This document shows, in pieces, positions 16,999 through 25,635 of a stretch of DNA of 39,212 bases. Every line of letters begins with the position of its first letter. Position 1 is the stretch's first letter. The notes beneath the pieces are model-generated. The model did no database searches. It had not been told where the DNA came from and saw nothing but the letters and a program-made list of their open reading frames with translations. A program made the position numbers and the translations under genes. This stretch comes from a virus (lineage: Duplodnaviria; Caudoviricetes): IMG/VR virus record IMGVR_UViG_3300048849_000190, positions 1 to 39,212 of that record, one strand, 5' to 3'.

Positions 16999-18317
16999 TG
17001 GGTCTCGTTCAGCGCATCTTTGGAGGGGGAAAGGCCGATGCTCCGCCCGCTCCCAGAGCGCAAGTTGGAACAGTTGGGGGCGAGGCCTTCTATTCGCTGA
17101 ACGATCCCGCGTTCCTCGAGATGGTCCGTGCCGGCGCGATGGGCGGAGCAGTCAGCGTCGAGAAGGCCATGCGCATCCCTGCGGTCTTCCGAAGCGTGAT
17201 GCTGATCTCGACCGCGATCGGCATGTTGCCGCTGCACTTGAAGGTCAATGCGACGAAGGCGAACGCGACCGAGCATCCCCTGTTCGCGCTTTTGCACCGC
17301 GAGCCGAACAAGTTTCAGTCTTCGTTCGACTTCCGGAGCCTGATGCAGACGAGGGCGCTGACCAAGGGCAACGCATATGCCCTCATCGTCCGCTCCCGAG
17401 ACGTTGTTGCCCGGCGCGACAAGATCATCGCCCTCGTCCCGCTGGACCCAGACCGGGTGACGCCGAAGCTGGACGAGGGCAGCTGGACCGTCACCTACGA
17501 ATATCAGCCAGCGACAGGAGCACGCCGCGTCTATTCCGCCCGGGACATTTTCCATCTGCGCGGCCCTTCGATGGACGGGCTCAGCGGCATTTCGCTGGTA
17601 AAACAGGCCGCCGATGCAATCCAGCTGGCGATCTTTGCCGATCTGGCGGTTCGCAACCTCTTTACTAAGGGCAGCTTCGTCGGGGGCGTCCTCTCGACGA
17701 AGGACGAGCTGAGCCCGGAGGCCTTCGACCGTCTTCGTGCCAGCTGGAACGAGGATCACACCGGCGCCGGCAATGCCGGAACGACGCCGCTCCTTGAGGG
17801 CGGCACCGAATACAAGCCGATCGGAGCGTCGGCCAAGGATTCGCAGTCGAACGAGACGCGCGGTCGACAGGTCGAGGAGATCGCCCGCATCTTCGGCGTG
17901 CCGCGACCACTCCTGATGGTCGACGAGACCAGCTGGGGCTCGGGGATCGACGCGCTCGGCCAGTTCTTTGTTCGATACGCCCTGAACCCATGGTTCGAAG
18001 CCTGGCAGCAGGCGATCGAGCGCTCCCTCCTCGAAGGCGATGAGAAGTCGACGCTATCGGCCAAGTTCAATGCCGGCGCCCTCATCCGCGGTTCCATGAA
18101 GGACCAGGGCGATTATTTCGCCAAGGCCCTCGGCGCCGGCGGTGCGAAGGGTTGGATGACCCAGAACGAGGTCCGCGCCCTGCAGGACATGCCGGATCAT
18201 GAGGACGGCGACGGCCTCGATAATCCGATGATGGGTCAGCCGGTGCCGGAACCGGAGCCGGACGAGACGAAACCCACGCCGAAGCCGTCACCGAAAAAGG
18301 AAGACGATGATGAGTAG
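16998..18317 (+). CDS. HK97-family portal protein
   Basis: AVFRSV.LIS, EPN, GNAYA, IFHLR, G.S, EIARIFGVP, WMTQNEVR. Confidence 0.95.
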   Translation: MGLVQRIFGGGKADAPPAPRAQVGTVGGEAFYSLNDPAFLEMVRAGAMGGAVSVEKAMRIPAVFRSVMLISTAIGMLPLHLKVNATKANATEHPLFALLHREPNKFQSSFDFRSLMQTRALTKGNAYALIVRSRDVVARRDKIIALVPLDPDRVTPKLDEGSWTVTYEYQPATGARRVYSARDIFHLRGPSMDGLSGISLVKQAADAIQLAIFADLAVRNLFTKGSFVGGVLSTKDELSPEAFDRLRASWNEDHTGAGNAGTTPLLEGGTEYKPIGASAKDSQSNETRGRQVEEIARIFGVPRPLLMVDETSWGSGIDALGQFFVRYALNPWFEAWQQAIERSLLEGDEKSTLSAKFNAGALIRGSMKDQGDYFAKALGAGGAKGWMTQNEVRALQDMPDHEDGDGLDNPMMGQPVPEPEPDETKPTPKPSPKKEDDDE

Positions 18318-19284
18318 GTCGATCTCCGGGCCGCGCCCGCCAGCGATACGTGCCCCTGCCGGGACTGTGCAGCGGCCCGTTCCCCCGAAGGGCGTCGTCC
18401 ATCAGCCGGGCACGGCGACACCGTCAGTCAAGGCGATGGCGCGCCCCGCGGCGATGCCTTTGCCGCTTCGCACCGACGTGCATGCCTTCACCAAGCCTGC
18501 CGTCTTCGACGAGTGGGGCCGCGAAGCTGCCGGTGTGCGACCAAGTGCCGTTGCGGGCGGCGACAGCGTGATCACCATGTTCGACGTCATCGGCGAGGAC
18601 TTCTGGTCCGGCGGCGGCATCACCGCAAAGAAGGTCACTGCACAGCTGCGCGCCATCGGCGACCGTCCTATCGAGGTGCAGATCAACTCACCGGGCGGCG
18701 ACATGTTCGAGGGCATCGCGATCTTCAACGTTCTGCGCGAGCATCCGCAGCCGATCACGGTCAAGGTGATGGGCATGGCAGCTTCGGCCGCGTCGATCAT
18801 CGCGATGGCCGGCGACGACATTCAGATCGGCGCCGCTTCCTTCGTGATGATCCACAACTGCTGGGTCGTCGCCATCGGCAACCGCCACGACATGGCTGAG
18901 ACGGCGGAATGGCTCGCCCCGTTCGACCAGGCCATGGTCGACCTTTACGCCACGCGAACCGGGCAAGATGCCAAGTCCGTGGCGAAGTGGATGGACGCCG
19001 AGACCTACATGTCGGGCACACAGGCGATCGAGCGGGGCTTTGCCAATTCGCTGCTCGCAGCCGACGCGATGAAGGTCGACGAGCCGGCGCAGTCGGGAGA
19101 CCGCAAGGTCAACGATCTGCGGGCCATGGAACTGCAGCTGGTCTCCGCCGGCGCCACGCGCGCTGATGCCCGGGACCGCATCAACAAGATCAAGGGCACG
19201 CCGGGCGCTGCCACTGAAGCCACGCCTGGCGCTGGCGATGACTGGTCAGGTTTGTCTGACCTCCTTTCCTCAATCCGAACCTAA
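18307..19284 (+). CDS. ClpP-like head maturation protease
   Basis: INSPGGDMFEGIAI, AASAAS (Ser), MIHN (His), ETYM..QAIERGFA. Confidence 0.92.
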   Translation: MMSRSISGPRPPAIRAPAGTVQRPVPPKGVVHQPGTATPSVKAMARPAAMPLPLRTDVHAFTKPAVFDEWGREAAGVRPSAVAGGDSVITMFDVIGEDFWSGGGITAKKVTAQLRAIGDRPIEVQINSPGGDMFEGIAIFNVLREHPQPITVKVMGMAASAASIIAMAGDDIQIGAASFVMIHNCWVVAIGNRHDMAETAEWLAPFDQAMVDLYATRTGQDAKSVAKWMDAETYMSGTQAIERGFANSLLAADAMKVDEPAQSGDRKVNDLRAMELQLVSAGATRADARDRINKIKGTPGAATEATPGAGDDWSGLSDLLSSIRT

Positions 19285-19298
19285 ATCAGGAGCTTCCA

Positions 19299-20681
19299 AT
19301 GAAGCGCATTTTCGTGCTTGCGACGCTCGTCGTCGTGGCCTGCCTTTCCATGTCCCATGCTTATGCCATGGGCGAGGTCGCGCAGGCTGTCTCCACCATC
19401 CCCGCCATGGCGCCGTTCGCCGTGGCGTCTGCCGGCCTTTTCGCCATGGCGAAGCCGTTCGGCCGGGTTCCCCGTGCTGTACTCGGCGCAAAAGTCCGGG
19501 CCGACGCCTCCGATCCGAAGGCCATGATCACCGAGATCAAGGCCGCCTTCGAGGACTTCAAGAAGGCCAACGACGAGAAGCTGAAGGCCAAGGTCGACGA
19601 CGTCGTGATGACCGAGAAGGTCGACCGCATCAACACGGCGGTCGGCGAGTTCCAGAAGGTGATCGATGACCTGAACGCCAAGATTGCTGCTGCCGGCCTC
19701 GGCGGCGGCGTGATCGGTGATATCCCGGGCGACCCCGAATACGTGCAGTCATTCAAGGCGCACATGCGCAAGGGCGACATCTCTGCCGCCATGCAGAAGG
19801 GCACCGCCGAGGACGGCGGCTACCTCGCGCCCGTCGAGTGGGATCGCTCGATCACCGGCAAGCTCAAGCAAGTGTCGCCGATCCGCGCCAATGCCCGGGT
19901 GATTTCGATCTCCTCAGCGGGGTTCAAGAAGAACTTCACCGACCGCGCCGTTGGCTCCGGCTGGGTCGGCGAAACGGCGTCTCGCCCGGCGACGTCCACG
20001 CCGCAGATCGGGCAGCTCGACTTCCCGCTTGGCGAAATCTACGCCAACCCGGGCATTTCGCAGCAGCTGCTGGACGATTCCGCCATCGACCTCGAAGCCT
20101 GGCTCGGTGACGAAGTCGACATTGAATTCTCGCGTCAGGAGGGCATCGCCTTCCTTTCCGGGAACGGCGTGAACAAGCCCCACGGCATCCTGACCTATGT
20201 CGCCGGCGCTGCGAACGCGGCGCGTCACCCCTGGGGGCCGATTGCGGTTGTGAAGTCCGGCTCGGCCGCGGCGATCACCGCGGACGGCTTTCTCGATCTC
20301 TTCTACTCCGTCCCGTCGGAGTATCGTGCCGGCGCCAAGCTGTTCACGAACCGGCAGTCTCAGGCCGCGATGCGCAAACTGAAGGACGGGCAGGGCAACT
20401 ACCTTTGGCAGCCGTCCTTTGCCGCCGGTCAGCCGGCCACCCTCGGCGGCGAAACCATCGTCGAGATCCCCGACATGCCCGCAATCGCGGCCGACGCGAT
20501 CGCGGCGCTCTACGGCAACATGGAGGCGACCTACCTGGTCGTCGATCGCATTGGCATCCGCGTCCTGCGAGATCCCTTCACCAACAAGCCGTTCGTCCAC
20601 TTCTACACGACCAAGCGGGTCGGCGGCGGGCTGTTCAACCCGGAGCCCATGCGTGCGCTGCAGATCGGTGTGGCTGCCTAA
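19299..20681 (+). CDS. major capsid protein, HK97 fold
   Basis: Coiled-coil delta domain, DGGYLAP, WVGE, QQLLDDS, G.G...P.GIL, KLKDGQGNYLW, LRDPF..K..V.FY..KRVGG; SD AGGAG. Confidence 0.95.
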   Translation: MKRIFVLATLVVVACLSMSHAYAMGEVAQAVSTIPAMAPFAVASAGLFAMAKPFGRVPRAVLGAKVRADASDPKAMITEIKAAFEDFKKANDEKLKAKVDDVVMTEKVDRINTAVGEFQKVIDDLNAKIAAAGLGGGVIGDIPGDPEYVQSFKAHMRKGDISAAMQKGTAEDGGYLAPVEWDRSITGKLKQVSPIRANARVISISSAGFKKNFTDRAVGSGWVGETASRPATSTPQIGQLDFPLGEIYANPGISQQLLDDSAIDLEAWLGDEVDIEFSRQEGIAFLSGNGVNKPHGILTYVAGAANAARHPWGPIAVVKSGSAAAITADGFLDLFYSVPSEYRAGAKLFTNRQSQAAMRKLKDGQGNYLWQPSFAAGQPATLGGETIVEIPDMPAIAADAIAALYGNMEATYLVVDRIGIRVLRDPFTNKPFVHFYTTKRVGGGLFNPEPMRALQIGVAA

Positions 20682-20690
20682 CGCTTAGCC

Positions 20691-20716
20691 CGGCGGGCTA
20701 CGGCCCGCCGCACTTT
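20691..20716 (+). terminator. stem-loop after the capsid gene
   Basis: CGGCGGGC-TACG-GCCCGCCG (UNCG tetraloop) followed by CACTTT. Confidence 0.55.
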
Positions 20717-20740
20717 CCCTTAATCCAGAGGAGGCCGACC

Positions 20741-21040
20741 ATGGCCGTGAAGAACAGCAGCGCCGCCGCAACCGCCGGTGATACTGCCACCAAGGGTGGC
20801 TCGGCGGCCGCGACTATCGAGCCCGGCGCGCAGGCTGCCAACATTGCCGGCGCGACGGAATTCGATCCCTCCGGTGCGCCTCGTCAGGTCGTCGGGGACG
20901 TCGACCCGTCGCATCCGGCTGTCGACGATAACCCCCGCGCCGGCACGACCGTCGACCAGAACCGCATCGACTTCAACGATCCGACGATCAGCGGATCTGA
21001 AGCGGTTGCGAAGAACCTCGCCGGCCAGACCAAGGACTGA
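20741..21040 (+). CDS. small head-associated hypothetical protein
   Basis: SD GAGGAGG; DVDPSHPAVDDNPRAGTT..QNRIDFNDP. Confidence 0.75.
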   Translation: MAVKNSSAAATAGDTATKGGSAAATIEPGAQAANIAGATEFDPSGAPRQVVGDVDPSHPAVDDNPRAGTTVDQNRIDFNDPTISGSEAVAKNLAGQTKD

Positions 21041-21045
21041 CTGCG

Positions 21046-21660
21046 ATGAAGCGCCCGCCCATCCTCATCGACCCCCCAGCCGAGACGCCGATCAGCGTTG
21101 CTGACGTGCGCGCTCGTGGGAGGGTCGATGCGTCGGTGCCCGACGCTGTCATCTCGGCGATGATCGCCTCGGCGACAGCGCGCCTCGATGGCTATTCGGG
21201 CAGGCTAGGGCGGGCGCTCGTCAGTCAGAAATGGCAGCAGGATTTCGCCTTTCCTTGCCGGGGACTGCTAAGGCTTCCGTTTCCAGGCGTCTCAGCCGTC
21301 TCCGCCGTTGCCATTGCTCCTGACGGCAGCGAGGCGATCACAGAGGTCGTCGCAGGCGAGGACGTCATCGGGCCGCTCGTCCGTGTCGTCAGCTGGACGA
21401 GCGGTTCGGCTGTCTGCACCCTGCGGGTCACCTTCACCGCCGGTTATGGCGAGCCCGCGGATGTACCGGCGCCGATCCGCGAGGCCATCCATCTCTATGT
21501 CCAGAGCATGCTGGACACTGCCTTCGGCAACGGCCTGATCCGCACCGAGACCGTCGAGGGCGTCGGATCGACCGGATATTTCACGCCCGACGAGGCCGCC
21601 TCGCCAATGGTAAAGCTGGCCGACGACATGGTGCGACAGTATCGGCGGGGCAATCTATGA
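21046..21660 (+). CDS. head-tail connector (adaptor) protein
   Basis: PP..TPIS, LDGYSGRLGRALVSQKW, VTFTAGYG...VPAPIREAI. Confidence 0.85.
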   Translation: MKRPPILIDPPAETPISVADVRARGRVDASVPDAVISAMIASATARLDGYSGRLGRALVSQKWQQDFAFPCRGLLRLPFPGVSAVSAVAIAPDGSEAITEVVAGEDVIGPLVRVVSWTSGSAVCTLRVTFTAGYGEPADVPAPIREAIHLYVQSMLDTAFGNGLIRTETVEGVGSTGYFTPDEAASPMVKLADDMVRQYRRGNL

Positions 21661-22004
21661 CCCCGGCGGCCGCCATCGCCATGCTCGATCGCCAGATCGC
21701 CAAGCACGGCCAGCCCGTCGTGCTGCGGCGCGTTGTGGCCAATGCCGCGGCGACCGAGGCCACCGTCTCTGCCTTTGTCCGCGGCTACAAACCGGACGAA
21801 CTCGTTGCCGGGATCATCCAAGGTGATACGCTGGTGACGCTGTCGCCGACGTCGGTGGCGGGCACGCCGTTCTCGCCGGCGGTGCCGCGCCGGGGGGACA
21901 AGGTTATGATCGACGGGCGCGTGCGTGGCGTCGAGCTGGCCGACCCAGTGAGCATCGGCGGGACGATGGTGCGGCTGAACCTGCAGGTTCGGGGCACCAA
22001 CTGA
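21657..22004 (+). CDS. head closure/stopper protein
   Basis: Position; small beta-rich protein PRRGDKV.IDGR...LQVRG. Confidence 0.7.
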   Translation: MTPAAAIAMLDRQIAKHGQPVVLRRVVANAAATEATVSAFVRGYKPDELVAGIIQGDTLVTLSPTSVAGTPFSPAVPRRGDKVMIDGRVRGVELADPVSIGGTMVRLNLQVRGTN

Positions 22005-22606
22005 TGGCCCGCGTCGATCCAATCTTCCGCGACATCGAGTTGATCGTCTCTGACCTCACGTCGCCCGAGGCGCGATCTGCCCGCCTGGCTGAGTTCGCCG
22101 CAGAGCAGATCGAAGAGGTCCGCCAGAACAACCGTGCCGTCGTCGGTCGCGACTTGCCCTATGAGGTCGTCGTTGACGGCAAGGTCGGCGTCGCGCTGAC
22201 GGCGGTGAAGCCGAACGGCGTCATCGTCGCCAACTTCGATTTGCTGCGCGAGGTCCTGGAGTGGATCGGCGAGCAATTGCTGCTGGAATCCCCCCGTCTG
22301 ACAGGTCGCTACATGCGCAGCCATGTCATGTTCGTGGACGGTGTCGAGCACGATCTCGACGGCCCAATCCCGCCCGGTGAGAGCTACGAGTTTGTGAACA
22401 CTCAGCCATATGCGAGGAAAATGGAGCCGCGGCCCGGCGGCGCCCCTCAGTCTGATCAGGCACCCAAAGGTGTCTACCATGTCCTCGCCGCTGTGGCGCA
22501 GAAGCGTTTCGGGAACATCGCCCGCGTCCGCTACTCCTTCCGCGCCATCAACGGCGAGAAGGGCTCTGAGAACCGGCAGCCTGCCATCGTCGTGAGGCCC
22601 TACTAA
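22004..22606 (+). CDS. neck / tail-completion protein (HK97 gp10-like)
   Basis: SPRLTGRY..SH, NTQPYARKME, SDQAPKGVY. Confidence 0.7.
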   Translation: MARVDPIFRDIELIVSDLTSPEARSARLAEFAAEQIEEVRQNNRAVVGRDLPYEVVVDGKVGVALTAVKPNGVIVANFDLLREVLEWIGEQLLLESPRLTGRYMRSHVMFVDGVEHDLDGPIPPGESYEFVNTQPYARKMEPRPGGAPQSDQAPKGVYHVLAAVAQKRFGNIARVRYSFRAINGEKGSENRQPAIVVRPY

Positions 22607-22839
22607 TGGTCCATCTGAATTTTTCGAACGGTTGGACGATCTCCCTTGCCGATGGCGTGACGGGGGGGCTAGCGAACGTTGCCGCATGGCCGACGGCAGA
22701 CCCGGCGGCAGCCGCCAAGGACTACCGCTGGTTCCGCTTCTCAGATGGCCGTGAAGACGCTCGGGCCTACTCCTTGGAGGAGATGTTCGCTCGCATCGCG
22801 GAGGTTGCCGCGGCAGCGCCGCCGGCGGAGCTCACCTGA
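22606..22839 (+). CDS. hypothetical protein
   Basis: 77 aa, coupled on both sides (TAATG, TGATG). Confidence 0.6.
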   Translation: MVHLNFSNGWTISLADGVTGGLANVAAWPTADPAAAAKDYRWFRFSDGREDARAYSLEEMFARIAEVAAAAPPAELT

Positions 22840-23249
22840 TGGCGCATCATTCGGTTGTCCAGGCTGTGGAGGCTAGGCTCGCCGCGGGATTCACCGCTTG
22901 CCCGATCTTCGTCGAGAACGACGCTTCTGAAACCCCTGCGGATGGTTCGGCCTTCGGCGTCTTGCAGTTCCCCTATTCGCGTTCCGAGCAAGCCTCGATC
23001 GGTGATCCCGGCGGCAACTGGTATCGTGAGGAGGGCGGCTTCCGCATCGTGCTGGCCGTCGAGCGCGGTGCCGGGACGCTCATCGGCCGCCAATGGCTGG
23101 AAGAGGTCGCCTCGCTGTTCCGGGGCAAGAGTTTCGACGGCGTGCGCACCTATGCGCCCGGATCGGCGTCGACCGACGACAACAGCGAGGACGGCGTGTT
23201 CTTCCGGCTGAGCATCGCCATCCCCTACGATTTCCACATCACCGGCTGA
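22839..23249 (+). CDS. tail terminator-like protein (DUF4128-like)
   Basis: YREEG.FRI, RGAG, LFRG, C-terminal IPY; directly upstream of tail tube. Confidence 0.75.
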   Translation: MAHHSVVQAVEARLAAGFTACPIFVENDASETPADGSAFGVLQFPYSRSEQASIGDPGGNWYREEGGFRIVLAVERGAGTLIGRQWLEEVASLFRGKSFDGVRTYAPGSASTDDNSEDGVFFRLSIAIPYDFHITG

Positions 23250-23279
23250 TCAGCCGTCTGAGCCTGCAACCCGCAGCCC

Positions 23280-23304
23280 GGCCCGCCCTTGAGGCGGGCT
23301 TTTT
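23280..23304 (+). terminator. intrinsic terminator upstream of tail tube gene
   Basis: GCCCGCC-CTTGA-GGCGGGC-TTTTT. Confidence 0.75.
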
Positions 23305-23325
23305 CTTGCCATGAAGGAGGCCTCG

Positions 23326-24255
23326 ATGGTCGGCATTTCCGCATCTACCACCCGCCTTGCCGCCGTCGCCGAGACGGCCTGGGGCGTCACCCCGGCGACG
23401 CCGGCATTCAAGAACCTCCGGATCGTCTCCGAGAGCCTTAACGCCGAAAAGCAGACGACCACGTCGAACGAGCTGCGGCCCGACCGCAATGTCTCCGACG
23501 TCATCCAGACCGCGCGCTCGGCGTCGGGCTCGATCGAAGCCGAGATGAGCTACGGCTCGTTCGATGACCTGATCGAGAGCGCGCTGTACTCGACCTGGGA
23601 CACCGACGTCATCAAGAACGGCGTGACGCAGAAGAGTTTTACGCTGGAGAAGACACTCCGCAAGGGTCCGGCGACCAACGTGTTCATGCGCTACAAGGGC
23701 GCCGTCGTGAACACCTGGTCGCTTGGCATTTCGTCCGGCCAGCTGATCACCTCGTCCTTCGGCGTCATGGCCAAGGGGATCGAGGTTGCCTCGACAGCGA
23801 TCACCGGCGCGACCTATGCCGTCGCCGGCACCGCCGACGTCATGTCGGCCGCGACTGACTTTGCCAGCCTGACGGCGACTGGCGTCACTGCGGCGCCGGT
23901 GATCGAGAGCATCAGCTTCGACATGACGAATAACACGCGCCAGCGCATGGCCGTCGGCTCGCTCGACAGCCAGGGCATCGGCGAGGGTCGGTTCGAACTG
24001 ACCGGCACGATGAACGCCTATTTTGACGACGAGGAGCTGTATCAGGCCTTTCTCGCGCACGAAGCGCTTGGCCTCAGCTTCACGATCGGTTCTGAGGCCG
24101 GGTCTCGCTACGAGATCACCATCCCGCGCCTGAAGCTGACGACCGGCACGCTGGTTGCCGGCGGCAACGATCAGGACCTGATGCTGAACGTTGGGTTCCA
24201 GGCGCTGATCGACGGGACGCTGGCGTCCTCGATCAAGATCGAGCGGGGGGTCTGA
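23326..24255 (+). CDS. major tail tube protein
   Basis: ETAWGVTP, SNELRPDR, SFTLEK, YKG..V, G.F..TG....YF; SD AAGGAGG. Confidence 0.9.
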   Translation: MVGISASTTRLAAVAETAWGVTPATPAFKNLRIVSESLNAEKQTTTSNELRPDRNVSDVIQTARSASGSIEAEMSYGSFDDLIESALYSTWDTDVIKNGVTQKSFTLEKTLRKGPATNVFMRYKGAVVNTWSLGISSGQLITSSFGVMAKGIEVASTAITGATYAVAGTADVMSAATDFASLTATGVTAAPVIESISFDMTNNTRQRMAVGSLDSQGIGEGRFELTGTMNAYFDDEELYQAFLAHEALGLSFTIGSEAGSRYEITIPRLKLTTGTLVAGGNDQDLMLNVGFQALIDGTLASSIKIERGV

Positions 24256-24443
24256 TGGAACGCATGACCGTCCTCCAGGCCTTCGACGAGTACGAAGGCG
24301 ACAAGGAAATCCGGCGCGCGAAGGGCGACCACCTCACGGTCTCGGCCGAGCGCGCCGAGCACCTGCGCAGCGAGGGCCTTGCCCGCTCGCTGCCGAAGCC
24401 GGCGCCCGCCGCCGCCCCGATAGATCCCGGCACGGCCGAATAG
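24255..24443 (+). CDS. small hypothetical tail-region protein
   Basis: 62 aa, GD...VS.ERAEHL...GLA; TGATG coupling. Confidence 0.65.
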   Translation: MERMTVLQAFDEYEGDKEIRRAKGDHLTVSAERAEHLRSEGLARSLPKPAPAAAPIDPGTAE

Positions 24444-24526
24444 GCCCCAGAAGTCTGCGCAGACAGGCCGCGGGCGCTTCGCCAGGACGCTCGCGGCCAC
24501 CATCCTGGCAACCGAAGGAATTCCCC

Positions 24527-24952
24527 ATGACGAGCAGCACCGCTCCGAGCTTCTATACCAAGTTCCAGACCGACACCGACGCCGAGACTGGCGAAGGCGT
24601 CGTCCTCAATTACGGCGAACTCGGCAAGATCCGCATCCACCGCGCCGGCGGCCGGAACCGCCGGTTCACGAACCTGCGACAGGCCAAGTTCAAGCCGTAC
24701 ACCCGGCAGCTGCAGAACGACACGATGGACGAGGATGTCGCCCGCGCGATCGCGATCGAGGTCTACGCCAAGACCGTGATTGTCGGCTGGGAAGGCGTGA
24801 AGGGCCGAGACGGCAACGACCTGCCGTTCAACGAGGAGAACGTCATCACCCTGATGACCGATCTGCCGGACCTGTTCCGCGATGTCCAGGCGGCCGCTGA
24901 CGACCGGTCGCTGTTCCTCGCGGATGCCGAGAAGGCCGCTGAGGGAAACTAA
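24527..24952 (+). CDS. tail assembly chaperone (gpG-like)
   Basis: IVGWEGV..DG..LPF, LPDLF, ends AEGN-stop at a slippery site. Confidence 0.85.
   Translation: MTSSTAPSFYTKFQTDTDAETGEGVVLNYGELGKIRIHRAGGRNRRFTNLRQAKFKPYTRQLQNDTMDEDVARAIAIEVYAKTVIVGWEGVKGRDGNDLPFNEENVITLMTDLPDLFRDVQAAADDRSLFLADAEKAAEGN
24943..24949 (+). other. -1 programmed ribosomal frameshift site G GGA AAC
   Basis: X XXY YYZ heptamer in frame immediately before TAA; the -1 frame stays open to 25323. Confidence 0.85.
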
Positions 24953-25323
24953 CCGAGGCGCTCCGCTGGCATCTCCAGTGGGGCGCGAAAGCGGAATGGC
25001 TGCAGCGCCAGGCGGACGCCGGACACGAACTCAAAGCGTGGCAGGACCGAAAAGAGGTTCTGCCGCACCTGGCCGATCTCCTCGACGCCTTCTTCGACCT
25101 GTCTCCCGGCCGGGTCATTCACATGGGCGGCGAGGGCTATATCTCGGCGCAGGAGATCCTCGCTTACTGCGACCTGACCGGCATCACCTCGCCGGACGAC
25201 CGGCATTCCTTCTTCCGGGCGATCCGAGCGATGGACATGACCTTCCTGACGAGCCGGAAGGAGCGGGACGATCGAGAGAAGGCGTCCCAGCCAAAGAAGC
25301 CGCGCCGTAAAGGGCGCGGCTGA
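24949..25323 (+). CDS. tail assembly chaperone gpT portion (C-terminus of the frameshifted gpGT)
   Basis: -1 frame reads LTEALRWHLQWG...AFFDLSPGR..MGG.G.I...EI.AY...IRAMD. Confidence 0.8.
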   Translation, partial: LTEALRWHLQWGAKAEWLQRQADAGHELKAWQDRKEVLPHLADLLDAFFDLSPGRVIHMGGEGYISAQEILAYCDLTGITSPDDRHSFFRAIRAMDMTFLTSRKERDDREKASQPKKPRRKGRG

Positions 25324-25333
25324 TTAGCGACGG

Positions 25334-25558
25334 CTAGTCCGCCCCGGGGCGTCTTTTTCGGGGCTCTCCCAAGATCAAAGCGAAACCAATGCACACCGCG
25401 GCGAATGCCGGATAAATAAATATCTCCGGCAGTCGAAAGGCGGCCGTGATCGCGAAGATGAACACCCCGAGAAAAAGCAGCCGCCATCCGTATTGTTTTG
25501 GCGTTGCCCGACTGAACTGCTTCTGCCTTGGCTGGCCGTCGTCATCGTGAATAAGCAT
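25334..25558 (-). CDS. small two-TM membrane protein (moron)
   Basis: SD GGAGGT; two hydrophobic segments; lower GC; antisense to the tail operon. Confidence 0.7.
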   Translation of the reverse strand: MLIHDDDGQPRQKQFSRATPKQYGWRLLFLGVFIFAITAAFRLPEIFIYPAFAAVCIGFALILGEPRKRRPGAD

Positions 25559-25579
25559 CCGCACCTCCATAGAGATGCG

Positions 25580-25608
25580 ACCATACCCATCCTTTCGCGG
25601 CTCGCCAA
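25580..25608 (-). promoter_or_regulatory. sigma70-like promoter of the membrane-protein moron
   Basis: Minus strand TTGGCG, 17 bp, TATGGT. Confidence 0.6.
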
Positions 25609-25623
25609 TCGGCGGGCCTTTTT
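25599..25623 (+). terminator. intrinsic terminator upstream of tape measure gene
   Basis: GGCTCGCC-AATC-GGCGGGCC-TTTTT. Confidence 0.75.
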
Positions 25624-25635
25624 CGTGAGGGCTGC

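Noticed and set aside
23984-23999. GAGGGTCGGTTCGAAC resembling a tRNA variable loop/T-arm (possible missing 3' half of tRNA-Pro)
   Set aside because: Lies in frame within the tail tube gene (EGRFEL); no T-stem pairing or acceptor/CCA end
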